Source: Rhizophagus irregularis (lineage: Eukaryota). Taken from it: DNA of 64,000 nucleotides. Positions 35,901 to 50,668 of this stretch are shown in pieces (position 1 is the stretch's first letter; the number at the start of each line of letters is the position of its first letter). The stretch is from contig NC_089435.1 in the NCBI RefSeq assembly GCF_026210795.1, positions 992,001-1,056,000 on the forward strand, written 5' to 3'. A model generated the notes under the pieces. The model was not told where the DNA came from. It saw only the letters and a list, made by a program, of their open reading frames with translations, and did no database searches. Position numbers and translations under genes: made by a program.

Positions 35901-36833
35901 TTCCTTCATTAACCATATACAACATGACTTGCGGGTCTTAGCTTTTAAGAATACGGATCAGCAATTCAAAATTCGAGCTACTGAAAAGTAGAATTTTTTT
36001 GATCGTTTTAATAAAAAATTAAAAACGGACGAAACTAAAAAAAGAAAAATTAACATGAATCATTGAATCAAGTACAAATTAGCGGAAAAACGTACTAATA
36101 CTGACTATGTCCTCAACTCAATTTTGAATCTGATGACCAAAAATCTGAAGAATAGGCCTTGCAACTATGCGGTTAGTCATATTATATTGAATAAAATTGG
36201 TCAAAATAAATTTAAGAAATACTTACACAGCCCATCTTTGATAAACTTTTCCACCATAACATCGACAATAATCATGTCTCTTTTGCCTATTAAAATATAT
36301 TAAAATTAGTAGTGTTTAACGAAGTAAAAGAACCACCGACCACATGACGGAAATCATAGGTTAATCCCAGGTATTATAACTTATTAAGAATTTTTTAACA
36401 CAGACCTTTAAAGTAACCTATTAACATATATCCCATATAATGATAGCTATAGAATTGATATTCGGACGCTTGCCTAGATCTATAATTCTGCAACATTCAC
36501 TTTGAGTTTTTTAGCTTAAGTGTAATTAAGCATTGTATGATTAATTTCTGATTAGTTTTAATAGAATAAAATGAAAGATTTATTTATTGATGTTCTGTTG
36601 AGTATAGTAGAAATTTGTTAGTGTATAAATAAACTATTGAGTGGTTTGCAATAGAGAATGCATATGACGATTTTCATTCTGCGGATTGGCGGATTTCACG
36701 GAACCTTAGATTTTACCAAATATGTATTAATATTGGTGATTTTTCCAAAATAGATAAAGTTTAATTTGCTAAAATAATTAATAAATGTAAACTTGTAACG
36801 CACAAATATACATATTTCTTTTTGAAAAAAAAA

Positions 36834-38242
36834 ATGCCTCGTCAACTTATTGCTGATTGTCTTAGTTATATATATTTGAATATTTAGAAGATAAAAATAC
36901 CTTATATTCATGTTTATTAGTTAATCGTCAATTCAGTGAAATTTCCGTCAGAATTTTGTGGAGAGATATTTGGAATTATCAAGTTTATTATCTAGAAGAA
37001 TATAATTTTAAATCATATATATGTATCATTATCAATTATTAGAATATTGGTACGGTACTTACTTTTTTTCCTGAGGAATCAAAGGATTTTTTACAAAAAG
37101 AAAACTTTTTCATTATCAATCTAACTCAAACTCGAAAATCTCCAATGTTTAATTACCCGTCATTTATTAGAGTGATTACAATCCATGGATTTTGCTATCG
37201 AATGATTTAAAGATTTCCTTCTGATTTAAGAGGTTTAGGATATAATGAAAACTTATTATTACAAGAATTATTAAAAAATGTTTATGAATCAATTTTCATA
37301 ATTGAAAACTTTGTATTATTATTCAGGACAATACATTGAAAATATTTTGAATTTATTTATCCACCTGGAGCGAAAATCTGTTTAGCAAATCTCACAGAAT
37401 TCCGGTGTCTTTCAGATACTTGTTCAGAATTTTTTATCAATCATTAAACATAAAATTTACTTATACTACTTCAGATGGATTAAAAGAATTAATTTCTTCA
37501 CAAAATAATCTAAAAAGTATACTTTTTGAATCTTCATTGTTACAAAAATCGGTGATATTGTAAAAGCTATATTCCCCTCATTAATTAAATTTTCTTTATC
37601 ATTAACCGAATTAATGTTGTATACCTTTATCATTTATAACTAAGTTTAAAAATTTACAAGTACTTAAATTTTTTTAAAAGCCGATTCATTTTATGACTTT
37701 GATCAGTTACAATACATTCATTTTTCAAAATTGAAAATTTTGAAATTTTAGATTCATTCCCAAAAGTAGAAATTTTTATTAGATTTTTAGAAATTAATGG
37801 AAAAAATTTAATAGAATTAAATATACCTAAAAATCCCGATAATTCATTAAATTCGGTAATAGCTAAATTTTGTCCAAACTTATCCATAATCTTTGAAGTG
37901 GATGAATTTGAAACTTTTAAAATTAATCCTAAATAATTGTCAAGATTTAGAAATATTCAGATTTGAATATATTATTGGATATTTTAATATTAAAACCTTC
38001 TTTAATGTTTTGACAAAAATATGCAATAAAAAATTTTTATGAATTGGGGTTGTCTTTGAAAGTTTCTTTTTAACATTTGAAAAGATTTGTGAAGAATTAG
38101 AATAATTTTTTACAAATTGGAAAGATCGTATACCAAAAAAATCACTTTCAACAGTTATTAGTACATGAAAATAATGATTGAAAAATATAAGAAAATGGGT
38201 ATTATTAGGGAATTTAAAACTACAAAGTATATAGAAACTTAA
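36834..38242 (+). pseudogene. F-box / RNI-like LRR pseudogene
   Basis: MPRQLIADCLSYI (frameshift in a TA run) FEYLEDKNTLYSCLLVNRQFSEISVRILWR..PMFNYPSFIR..FLEINGKNLIEL..IAKFCPNL..IEKYKKMGII; many indels. Confidence 0.85.
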
Positions 38243-41200
38243 TATAGTTGATTTCTTTTTATATTGCAAATAACAAAAAAAATTAAAATTTCCTCATTGA
38301 GAATTCTAAATATTCTTAAACCTTTTAATAATAATAATTATTATATTTTTTTATTTTTTATAAAAACGAGAGTTACAAGTTACAACATCATACTTTGAAA
38401 TTTAATTTAAAAGTGAAAATAGTTTTTTTTTCTGCTAGTTATATTTCTTCAATAATTAAAAGTGAATTTTAATATTTCTTTTAAAATGATTTATAACTCC
38501 TTCGATTTTCACGTTATGTTCTACACGACTTTGAATAAACATTTTTACGTGATATTCAATACAAAATAGCACAAAAAAATCTAAAAATATGTAAAATAAA
38601 ATAATGCTTGCTCTTGGCCAGATGTATGGTAAATTAACCTACAACTGTTTCTCCTGAACACCACGTAGAGGTGGCAAGCTTCGTTCAGGGAAAAAAAAGA
38701 AACCACTTACCTGTAATTTTATACAACCAGTTTATAATTAATATGATTAAAAAAAATAATAATATTTAGGTTGTTAAGAACAAAAATTTGAGCAGAGACG
38801 TTCGGACATATAGATATATAATATAACAACATTCACAACTTGACCAATTCTATATGTAAACTGTGTTTTTTTAGTTATGTTCTGGCCCCAGATACTACTA
38901 CTTATGCGCAAGAACATCAAAACAACAAGAAAGACAAGAAAGAAAATTATAAAGACGTAAAAATCAAAACAAATAAAAAAAATGCACAAGCGCATCAGAA
39001 CAAGAAAGAAATTATTTTTGTAAAATCAAAAATAAGCTTTCTCATCCCCCCATCTAATTATTTGGTTTACATATATACACAATACGTACTATGTACATAC
39101 ATACATAAAATACGTACGTATATATACGTAATGTGGGAAAGTCGATCGAGCAATAAACACAGGTTTCTCTACTCAAATTTCATTAAAAATTTGTTTAAGT
39201 ATGGTTTTAACTTTTAACGGGTTTTTTCAACTTTTTCAACGTGGCGTCGGTCGGTTTTAAAATGTGATACGGAGTTGGTTGTACCTTACCTCTTACCATA
39301 CTTAACAAAAAAAAATTAAAAGAAAAAGAAACCGAGAAAGAGAAAAGAAAGAGGGTTAAAGTGAATAAAGAGAAAATAGCTATTTTATGTATTTTAATCA
39401 TGTATTACTTAAATCATGATGAATCATGATGATAATGAGTAACGTCATTATATACATGACGACCATGACGTCATATTTTATCAAAACCAATTTGATTCTG
39501 TGTAACTTAAATTATTTTCAAAAATTATCACGTTATTAAGAATATACTTAATTAAGATGACGTTACATTTTTTATTATGTAAGCGAAAGAAAATTATAAA
39601 CAATAACAGTAATTTCCGGTAGCAAAATTTTTTTTTATAAAAACATCATACAGATTGCAAAATCATCTACGTGATACTATACAGGACTAGATAGACTCCT
39701 CCTACAAAGTTTAAAACATCGATCTTCTGTATTACCGATAATGTACCGAATACCGATGATGTAAATTGTTTGGTTCCTGCACAATGTAAACAAAGCCTTC
39801 TCTAACAACAATAACGACAAAAATCGCAATTTAAATTAATAACAGGATTAAGTTGGTCAAATATTAGCTGACATCTTTGATTTTATGGCAAACCCTGAGC
39901 AACATTGTGATGAATTATCCATTTTATTGAAAGACTCTGTGGAACGGAGCCCGTTTTTTAAATGGACTTCCACTCGTAACATTTCTATCACTACCGATCG
40001 GTTAATTTAATCTGTCATACCTGATCCCAACAGGCTTAAAATACAGTATATACTATCTTTGCATCATAGTTGCGTCGTCAAATCCTCATGTCTTCCTAAT
40101 TAACCTCACTAATGATATATATCAAAATATTTGGAAACTACATTGTGAATTATTCAAACAATGGAATCTTTACTCTACATCTCCAAGCGCTGCTTCAGAC
40201 AACGCCAAAATGCACATCAAAACGCGTTTCAGCACCAAATTTACGCTGAAATATTAACACTTTTCAATATTACTCTCCATCCGATCCTCCATCTAATCCA
40301 CTTTAATTACAATTCTGGATTCAGTGGTCGCCAAATAATTTTTTACATAATAGCTCTTGGTTACGTTTTTTGAACTCTTCTTTCAATTATTTTTCTGCCT
40401 CCCGTAATTTTTTGGTCACCATCTGTAAATAAATTTACAATAGAGACTGTTGTGTCATTTCGATTTTCATTTTCGAAGGGTGGGATTGTCAATATGGTGA
40501 ACGGTGGTCTAAAAGAATGTAGTCTTGCTTATGTCCGTCGTTAGTGTAGTTATTTTTAGACTTATTTTCTTTGACTACTCTTCCTGTATAACAAACAAAC
40601 AAACAAATAAATAAAATAAGTTGGTGTGTTGTCACGTTCCTTCTAATATTCAACCTAACGCGGATCAAAAGCGAAAATCTTAAAATATTTACTGCGTAAA
40701 ATAAGAAAATAAGAATTTTTAACTACATTACGTTACTGTAAAATTTTCAAGAAAAATAAATGCACAGTATGCAGTTCATAATCAGGAACTTTTTTTATTG
40801 TATAATCAGTTCTGTTTCAAATAATACCCTAAATGTCCTGATTTAAAGATTCTTTTATGCACATCCGGAACGTGTAATCTTCTTAGTGGCATCACACTTT
40901 TCAAAAAAGAAAAATCATGCTCTTATGGGATTATTGGGATATCGGTCTACCGGATATTACTGTGGGGTTCGGCATGATGACCATTTTAAGTACTATATAT
41001 AGTAAATTTTTGACCATTTCTAGTAAATTTAGGCGCATAAATATTCAATTAGTGCGACCCCCTGATTATGTAATCAAATTGAAGGCTGACTTAAAAGTTT
41101 TAATCACAGAATCTGGAACGATAAACAATAAGAACAATATCAGTAATTATATCATTGAAATTGTTTGGAGGCACAAAAGGACCCGACTCCAAATTTTCAT

Positions 41201-41802
41201 AAAAATTTGTCAAAATGTTCCAGAAACTTTTAAGGATAAATATTTTTCAAGAAAAGAAATGGAAAATTTGCTTGAGTTGAAAGATATAATTAACTACTTA
41301 TAATTAATTAATACTGTTTCTTTTTTTTTTATTGTTTTCATTCGTAATATTTGAAAATTATTAAATTCATTTTATTTATTATAAAAAATTTTAATCAAAC
41401 CAAGATTTTAAAACTTTAAAACAATTATTACCTGTTACATTTTCAGATTTCCGATCGGCAGTTTTACAATAATCACAGTAAAAAATTTACAAACAAAAAT
41501 TTGTTAATTAGTTTGTCCCAAAAGATACACATTATATTTCAAAATATCGATATTGGCATGTTTGTTAACAAGAAAAATCAAAAATAAATTAAGTAAGCTT
41601 TAAAATGTATTTTTTTTTTAGCACTGCGTCAGTTCATCAAAATTGCTGCGCCTCAAAATTTAGGTAAATTTATCCTGTTAAGTAATGATCTGCAAATCGT
41701 GACCTTATTACGCCCAATTATTAATTAACACGAATTGTACGACGGAATAACAACTCTGAAAATTATCGATCGTACACAAATACTTTTTTCTCTTCGCTTA
41801 CA

Positions 41803-43309
41803 ATGTCTTGTTCAAAAATATTTTCAGGAGATTTACCTGAGATAACATATTATATTATAAAAAATTTTCAAAATGATTTTTCAACTTTATATTCATGTAT
41901 TCTAGTTAACAGATTATGGTGTCGTTTAGCAATTCCATTATTATGGGAAAATCCTTTTTCAATTACTAATAGACGGGTCAATAATATTGGAGACCATAAA
42001 TTTATTGAAATATACTTATATAATTTAAATAGTGATTTAAAATCGAAATTAAATGAATATAAAATTAATGATAATTTATTACCTTCAAACACACTTTTCA
42101 ATTATCCTAATTTTATAAAATATTTGAATACATCGAATATTATTCAATCTATTAAAAAGTGGACTGCTGTAAAAGTTATTAAAGATTTAGATTCAGAATC
42201 TGAATTTAGAAGATTAATTCAAACATCCCTATTTAAAGTGTTTATTGAAAATGAAGTAAAATTACATACCCTTGAAATTGAAGTCTTCTCTAGTTCAAAT
42301 TATAATTCCTATAATTATGATATATTGGAATTAATTTTACAAAATACAAATTTCATTCATAATATTATAAATTTAAAACCTTATATTTTTTCTGAAGAAG
42401 ATAAACTAATGGAGAAATCTTGTATTACAAATAATTTATTTACATCAAAATCTTAAAAAGTTAACATTGGGTTGTGATGATTTTTCCTTATATCAATCAT
42501 TATTATTATCTAAAGATTATAATTGTTCAAATACTTTAAATACTATCATATTATACCACATTAGAAGTATAAACAATTTAAATAAAATATTTGAACAATT
42601 AAATGTTATGGAATCCATTCATATCATTTATTGTCGATTTTTAAACAGTAGTTTTATTCAACAAATTATTAATTTGTCTAAACCTTTTAAATTAAAATCT
42701 TTATTTACATGTGGGGATTTAAAAAGTGAACTATTAATATTATTATTGCAAAAATCTGGTGATTATTTAGAGAATTTTAGGGATGACCTTAGTTGTTGTG
42801 ATCAAAAATTATCAGAATTAATTATAAAATATTGTAAAAATCTCAAATTTCTTGATATTTTTACCACCACAAATCAGATTATTTACCAAATATTCAATTT
42901 GATTGAGAATATTAATTATCTTACTATTAATTGTGGAAAATATATTGGCAGCTCAATTTTATTACAAAATTTAGGACAAAACCTTCCTTCTAGATTAGAA
43001 TATTTAAATTTAATTCTTCACATTAAAGCAAGTGATTTTGAAATATTCCTAAAAAATTCCCAAGATACTTTTATTAAGAAATTGTTAATTTCAAATTCAA
43101 TGCTAAATGGTGATGATATTTTACCTTATATAAAAGAATATATTATGAAGGAGAAAAGGGTCAGGTATTTGACTTTTGAGGATATTGCAAATAATGAATT
43201 AATTAATTTAGATGATGAAGTGGAGGAATTTAAGTTACATAATATTATAGTCCAGAATTATAGTTATCTGTGTATCAACGAATATCAATTTATACAGGAA
43301 CTTTATTAA
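41803..43309 (+). pseudogene. F-box / RNI-like LRR gene split by one frameshift near 42400-42430
   Basis: ORFs 41803-42456 and 42467-43309 align end to end with the intact paralog 44708-46318; HQNLKKLTLG continues in the second frame. Confidence 0.85.
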
Positions 43310-43719
43310 TTATTATAATTACGATTAAAAATGAGATTTAGAGGGTTATAAATCTACACATAATATAAAATTTACATTTTAAAGAACTATGACAGTTATT
43401 ACATTATTTTTGTTCAATACGAAACAGTTGTTTGTTTCTTTTAATATGATACCTAAATTCACTTATAAATAATCATTTATATTCTTACTCTTCCATAGAA
43501 ATTCATACTTGAATCTCAAAGAGTTAATAATAATGTGGCTAAATTACGTTACAAATCATCATAAATTCAGTGTCCTAATCATGTGAATTACGTGCGAGTT
43601 CCATGCAAATTCCATTTCCAAATTGTGCATTTTCCGTGCCCCTTCAACGGATTATTATGATACGCTATTTCTAAGGAAAAAAAATCGTATAAAAACATTA
43701 TTAAAAACATATCGTTTTT

Positions 43720-43873
43720 TTACAGGGCTGAAGGACGATTTGGATTGGATTAATGTTTTTTTATTTTTATTTCTTTATTTCTCAAAGTACCGTATACATC
43801 CGAAATTAAGCACCTATTTTGACCGTAATTCTGGCCAGAAGATTATGAAGTATTCCAAGTAATTAAAAAATAA
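43720..43873 (+). pseudogene. Orphan 3' fragment of a BTB-TLDc gene
   Basis: Ends gaagattatgaagtattccaagtaattaaaaaataa (EDYEVFQVIKK*), the same peptide that ends the genes at 59648 and 62481. Confidence 0.6.
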
Positions 43874-44707
43874 AAAAAAAATCAGTATTTATGCTTTTTG
43901 TTAATTAATTAATTAAACTTTTTACAAATAAAGTTTTAACTATGTTGAAGAAAACTAATTAAATATAAAATTGAGATACTTTTTTTTATTTTTTTTTATT
44001 TTTTTATTTTTTCATAATGTATAATTCAAGGTAGCTTATTTCAAAACTAAAATTATACCAAAATTTAAAAACTGATAAAAGTTATCCAGAGACGAAAAAA
44101 AGTGGACAATATGATTTATAACTTATATATATAAAGCCTAAATTCAGTTGCTTATTTTAGGCTTTATTATGAAAATTGCATGAAAATTTTAAACATTCAA
44201 ATTTATAGAGTATCATGTGATTGCAATTAAGATTAACTAGTTTACATTCTTTTTAGGAAAGGTTAGTTATTTTATCCGTTTTTTCAAAGCTTTATAAGGA
44301 ATCTGAAAAATAATTTTTTTAAAAAAATTGATGAATATTAAAATCGTACAGACATACAGTTTCAGAAGGCAACAAGATCCTAAAAATTATTATAGGCGAA
44401 AATTTTCATCATATATTTCATTTATTTGTAAAGAGCAAAAGATACATAATAAAGTGGGCATTTGATTTATTACATTTTGTAAAAAACAATTATTATACGT
44501 AATTTAGTAAATTTTCTTTCGCTATGTTCCAATTTTTATGTAACATAGGATATAAATTACATGTCAAAATTACTTTATCACAAAATATTAAATGTATAAA
44601 AATTCATGAATTACTTTATTATAAAATAATAAATTTATAAGCAATTATATTTAATACTACACTATTCCTATCTGATATTTTAAAATTACCACTCTAGTAC
44701 TAAATAA

Positions 44708-46318
44708 TTAATAATTCCGAGTAAATTCAGGAAAACTTACCATTAAGCTTTTATGACTTTGCACTTTAATATCATACAACTTAAATTCCTCCACTTCATC
44801 TTTCAATGAAACCAATTCCTTATAGTCATAGTTTCCATAATCTGATGTACTTTCAAAGGAATCTATAATAGCCAAATATTTTACTCTTTTCTTTTTCATA
44901 ATATATTTTTTTATACAAGATAAAATATCTTGACCTTCTAAATTTTTGATCAACAATTTCTTAATAAAAGTATCTTGAGAATTTTTCAAGAATACTTCAA
45001 AATCACTCAATTTAATGTGAAGACACAAATCTAAATATTCTAATTTAAAAGGAAGAATTTGTCCTAAATTTTGTAATACAATTGAATTATATTCAATATA
45101 ATTTTTCCAATCTGTTATCTTAATTGTAAGATAATTAAGACTTTGTTTCAAATTTTCAATCAGATTGAATAATAAATAAATAATCCGATTTTCAAATTTT
45201 TCAAATTTACTTAAATTAAGTAATTTAATATTTTTACAATATTTTATAATTGATTCAAATAATTGTTCATTTTGAATTACAAATTCACTCCCAAAATTCT
45301 CTAAATATCCACCACATTTTTGTAATAATAATTGAAATGATGATTCATCAATTATCTCACTTATAATTAAAGATTTTAATTTAAATGGTCTATTTAAATT
45401 AGTAATTTGTTGAATAAAGCTAGTATTTAAGGGATGACAATAAATGAGATGAACAGATTCTAAAACTTTTAATTGATCAAATATTTTATCTAAATTGATT
45501 ATACGTTTAAACTTAACTCCATATAATGTGATAGTATTTAAAGTGTTTGAACAATTATAATCTTTTGTTAATAATAATGACTGATATAAAAAAAAGTCAT
45601 TAGCCTTTAAAGAAATTACTTTAAGATTTTGATGTAAATTAATTAATTTTAATATATTATTTTTAATTATCATATTTTTATTAGGACCACTAGAAAAACT
45701 ATTACAAATATAAAGGTTTAAATTTTTAACATTGTGAATAAAATTTGGATTTTGTAAAATTAATAATAAAATATCATTCAAATAATAATCCAAATTATAA
45801 AAGATCTCAATTTCAAAAGTATTTAAATTTGTCTCATTATTAATAAATAGTTTAAATAATGACATTTGAATTAATCTTTCAAAATCATCATTCTCAATTA
45901 AACATCTTTTTTCAGGTTTTAAAGTTTTAATAATATTTTTATACCACTCATGAGTAGAAAATTTAATCTCAAATGTATTCAAATATTTTATAAAACTAGG
46001 ATAATTGAAAAGTGTATTTGAAGGAAATAAATTATCCTCAATTCCATATTCATTTAATTTTGTATTTAAATCTTCATTTAAATTATGTAAATAAATTTCA
46101 ATAAAGTTATATTTTTTTGTTTCTGAACTACAAAAAAAATATTTCACATTCGGAGGATTTGAAAATGGATTTTCCCATAATAATGGAATTGTTAAACGAC
46201 ACCATAATCTGTTAACTAAAATACATGAATATAAAGTTGAAAAATCATTTTTAAAATACTTTAAAATATCATATGTTAATTCTGGTAATTCTCCCGAGAA
46301 TATTTTTGAACAAGACAT
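44708..46318 (-). CDS. F-box / RNI-like LRR protein, 536 aa, intronless
   Basis: MSCSKIFSGELPELTYDILKYFKNDFSTLYSCILVNRLWCRLTIPLLWENPF F-box motif; intact ORF; ATG at 46318. Confidence 0.93.
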   Translation of the reverse strand: MSCSKIFSGELPELTYDILKYFKNDFSTLYSCILVNRLWCRLTIPLLWENPFSNPPNVKYFFCSSETKKYNFIEIYLHNLNEDLNTKLNEYGIEDNLFPSNTLFNYPSFIKYLNTFEIKFSTHEWYKNIIKTLKPEKRCLIENDDFERLIQMSLFKLFINNETNLNTFEIEIFYNLDYYLNDILLLILQNPNFIHNVKNLNLYICNSFSSGPNKNMIIKNNILKLINLHQNLKVISLKANDFFLYQSLLLTKDYNCSNTLNTITLYGVKFKRIINLDKIFDQLKVLESVHLIYCHPLNTSFIQQITNLNRPFKLKSLIISEIIDESSFQLLLQKCGGYLENFGSEFVIQNEQLFESIIKYCKNIKLLNLSKFEKFENRIIYLLFNLIENLKQSLNYLTIKITDWKNYIEYNSIVLQNLGQILPFKLEYLDLCLHIKLSDFEVFLKNSQDTFIKKLLIKNLEGQDILSCIKKYIMKKKRVKYLAIIDSFESTSDYGNYDYKELVSLKDEVEEFKLYDIKVQSHKSLMVSFPEFTRNY

Positions 46319-49269
46319 AGTGGAGAGCAAAAGAAAAAGTATTTGTAAAACTATTGTGTCAGCCGCCGGATAAATTTAATTAATTTTTAGAACGGCAAAT
46401 ACATAAAAAGGTAACAATCATGAAAAAAATGTGTAGTGCTGATCTCTTGTTACCTATTTATATATTTTCCCGATAATAGTCGTACAAGTCGTACAATTCA
46501 TGTCAATTAATAGTAACAATTGTGACGTAAAAAAATGCTGATCCGCATGTGATCGATAGAATTTCTATAAGTATATAGCTATGCCGTTCAATCCGTTCAT
46601 CAATTTAAATAATAATTGTTTGTTGTCAGAGCAAGATTTTTTTTTTAAAAAAAAAGGTTCTCTTTGTATACTGATATGAAAATTTTTTACAATCAATTTG
46701 TTATTTAATTATTATAGTATTTATTGAGTTCATCTAATAATTCAGTAAGAAGATCAATATCTTGTCGTAACATTCTATGATTTATACTAATTTATTTATT
46801 TTATATATTTGGTTCAAATATTATGTCACACTTTATTGAAATTTATTTACATAATTTAAATGATTATGATATGGAATTAGTTATGATTATTTCCTTCAAT
46901 ACATTATTTAATTTTCCTAGTTTTATTAAATGTGTTTAGATACCCATCACCCCTACTGACCGATAATAATATCCAACAACAGATAACTATAGTTTGTTAA
47001 ATTTAATATATGAATATATACGAAATTTCATCCAAAAGATAGGCTGGCTTTTAGACGCAGTAAAATTACTCGATAAGATTACTTGATTTCAAATCTGCAA
47101 AATAAATAGCAACTGAGGCAGAAAAATAAAACAACATTACTGATTCACATTTCACTACACTCTGCCTCATATTTTTTTATCTCCCTCGATGCTTTTACTG
47201 ATTACTATCAGTGCATCACGTATTTCACGCATCACGGGATCAGTTCTCGGTATCTGTGATCTGATAAAAGTCACACTTTATTAAAGAGTCACAAATCCAC
47301 AAGAAATTTTGTTAACTACCACCTAAAACTTAAAAGAAAAAAAAATGAAATTTAGTCTTGAAAGAAATGAAAAAGAAACAAGAATTACTAAGATATCAAC
47401 CTCAATTTTCAAAGAAAATCAGTGGAATCTAAAAAAAAAAAGAAGAGCTGCTGAAACCTAAAAAGAAAGAAAAAATATGAAGGGTTTATTTTTTTAAAAT
47501 TAGTTTAATATACCATTCAAAAGGACTTTTATTTGGAAATTATAGCGATGCAAGTTATTTTACATGTGCTTGATGGTCATCAAAGTCTGGTAACTTTATG
47601 TTTTCAATATATTCCTTTCAATTTTTCTTAACAATTATCAAATTTCAGTCTTTTTTTAAGCGAAATTGTCACGTGTTAAATTATAACAATATCTTTGCAA
47701 GAAAAACTTTTAAAAGTCGTTGAATAAACCTAAAGTAATTCAAGATTATCAGCAGAAATTGTGACATCAATAAGACTATTTAACCAATAATAATTAACAA
47801 TATAAAAATAATTTTTTTTTATTAATAAAATGGAAATAGATTACTTTAAAAATATAATTCTATTTTCTTTCTTTGCTCTTTTTATAGATAATGCATTTTT
47901 AAAATAATTTGAAGATAAAAGATAATGTTTACAATTTTTTTTAGAATCGACACTGCGGATTCGGTCGTTCGTGATCACGTGATGATTGACAATTTTTAGA
48001 AGATTGCTGAATGTAATAATATCCTTTCCTTTACCTAATCAAATAGTATAAGGTATGATTCATATTTGTGAATTTGTAAATTAAAAGAAAAAAAAAGCGA
48101 AAAAAGAAATTTCGTATATACGACAGAAAAATAAACTAATCCTAACTCAAAAAATGAAATGATATGAAATGAAATTTACTGATGAAAATAAAAAATAATA
48201 TAAATGAATAAATATAAGTAACCAATTCTATCTATTGTTATATAATTCAATTTCAGCAAGATTTATATGGTTAAATGATTTATTTCAAGCAAGAAAAGGA
48301 AAATCGAAATAAAAATGGTTGATATATAGTATGTTAAATTCGTTAAGATGAATTTTAAGTTAATAAAATTATTATGCATTATCATGTCTTTTGATCATAA
48401 AAATAAATAAAATTATTAATTAAATTGCAAAAAAAATTACGTCTTTTCTGACTTAAAGTAAAAAAAGTAAAAATTACCATAATTAATATATATTTAACAT
48501 TTATAATTTTTTTAATCGTGTAAGATTTTATTTATTTAAAAATCAAGCTGCAAGATATTACAGGCCAGTTTTAAGCCAAGTACGGTCCGACCAAAAATTT
48601 AATAATAATTATATAGGCCAAAAACGGATGTTGTGAAACTTTTTTTTTATTTCTAATTAGAAATGTAACTTGTCATTTTTTTACTTTCTATTTTTGTAGA
48701 TTTCGGTTTCAAGTATAGAAAACAGAAATGTATGCATCAAGTATTGCAAAACTTTTTTTTTAATATATTAATTAGGAACGTTTATTAACGTTTCTTGTTG
48801 TTTTTTAGATTTTCAGGTTCGAAACACTGAAACACCATAACAGCAAGTTTTACAACACCTGTTGTGAAACTTAATTCTTATTTATATTTGTTTTCATTTT
48901 TTTTTAAAAAAAAGAAAACGATTACTAAATTTCCCGTTTCTCTTTACGAACTTTTATTTATTTATTTTATTATTAATATCATTCTTTAATTTTTCTCTAA
49001 AGTGTGAATTATCAAACACTTTATACGCCTATTTGTGACTTCCTGATGTTTATTTAAATAGAATCCATTGATTATTTATTAAAGCTATTTCTTGATAGGT
49101 GTATAATAAACATATATTCAATACATATAATACAATATACTGCAGTACACCTCAGATTTTTCGATTGATAAAATCGTTGCACTGTACAATAAATAAAAAA
49201 TATCATGATAATCTCTGTAATAAATAAATGTATATTTTATTTAAAATATAAAAAGCAAATTTACAAGCG

Positions 49270-50668
49270 ACTTTATATGAAAGTTTATTCCCATCTGATA
49301 TTTTTAAATTGCTATATAACTGTAATTAATCAATTGCCCTCATAAACTTAGACACGCCAATCACTGAACTATAGAAATCTACAAATTCAATATTGTACAA
49401 CCTAAAACTCTCCTTCTTTCAATAAAAACAATTCCTTACTACCAGTAGCCGTTTCACAATAAGATTCATTAATAGCCAAATACTTCACTCTTTTCTTTTT
49501 CATTATATATTTTTCTATGGAGGGTATCCATCCCTATAAAAAAAACTCTGGAAAAAACTCTGATAAATGTTCATTTTTCTAGTTTTCATTCCGAAGAAAC
49601 TCAGACACGTGATCATTTTTCTAAAAAATTTTTTATAGGGCCTAATTTATGTAATAATGGATTAATAATTTCTTAATAAAAGTATTTTGAGAATTCTTTA
49701 GAAACAACTTTAAAATCCCTTCTCTTAATGAAATAAAGTTATAAACATGAATATTCTAATTTAGGAGGAACTAATTTTTTAATACTATTGAGCTACATTT
49801 AGTATCATGCTGTAAATGAATTGAAAGATAACTGAGATTTTGTTTAATATTTTCAATTAAATATAATATTTGATAAATAATCTGCCATAAAATTTAAGTA
49901 ATTTGATTTTTTTTACAATATTTTATAATTAATTCAAATAATTATTGATTATTGGCAGAATATTTGTGGTGGTTCATAACTACTAGAATCAATCCCAAAA
50001 TTTTTTAAATAATTACAAAATTTTTTGTAATAATAAATCTAATGATTCAATTTGTGAATATTTCACTTATAAATAATGATTTCAATTTGAAATGGTTTAG
50101 TTAAATTAATAATTTGTTGAGAAAAATTATTATTTAAGGAAGAACAATGAATGATATGAATAGATTCTAAAACATTTAATTGTTCAATTGCTTCATCCAG
50201 ATTGTAAAAATCAACGTAATAAAAAATGATTGTATTTAAAGTATTTGAACAATTATATATATTTGATGATAATAATGATTTAAATAAAGATAAAAAACCT
50301 TTATTTATTAAAATTTTCTTGAGATTTTGATGTGATTGAATTACTTGTAATATGCGATTTTCAATTATCGTACATTCAACGCCAATGACAAATTATGTGT
50401 ATTAAAATATTTTAAAAACTTAGGACAATTGAACAGTGTATTCAAATATAATGAATTAGTAATAATTTTATATAATCATTTGCGTAAGTATCAATAACAT
50501 GATAAATTTTTTTTAGTTGAAAATGGATTTTCCCATAATAATGGAATCGCTAGGTGACACCATAATCTGTTAACTAAAATGCATGAATGTAAAGTTGAAT
50601 TGAAAATATTCTATAATTTTTTATATTAGCTCGGGTAAATCTCCTGAAAATATTTTTGAACACGACAT
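49270..50668 (-). pseudogene. F-box / RNI-like LRR pseudogene with a MITE insertion
   Basis: MSCSKIFSGDLPELI..LHSCILVNRLWCHLAIPLLWENPF..CSNTLNTIIFY..KYIMKKKRVKYLAI; deletions and frameshifts. Confidence 0.88.
49532..49640. mobile_element. 109-bp MITE of the same family as 14243-14350, inverted
   Basis: CCCTATAAAA..TTTTATAGGG termini; the internal ttccgaagaaactcagacacgtgatcattttt is the reverse complement of the 14.27-14.29 kb copy. Confidence 0.85.

Noticed and set aside
39780..41303. GC-richer stretch and ORFs 40161-40373 and 40917-41303
   Set aside because: Possibly decayed gene or transposon sequence, but there is no recognisable motif or consistent frame.
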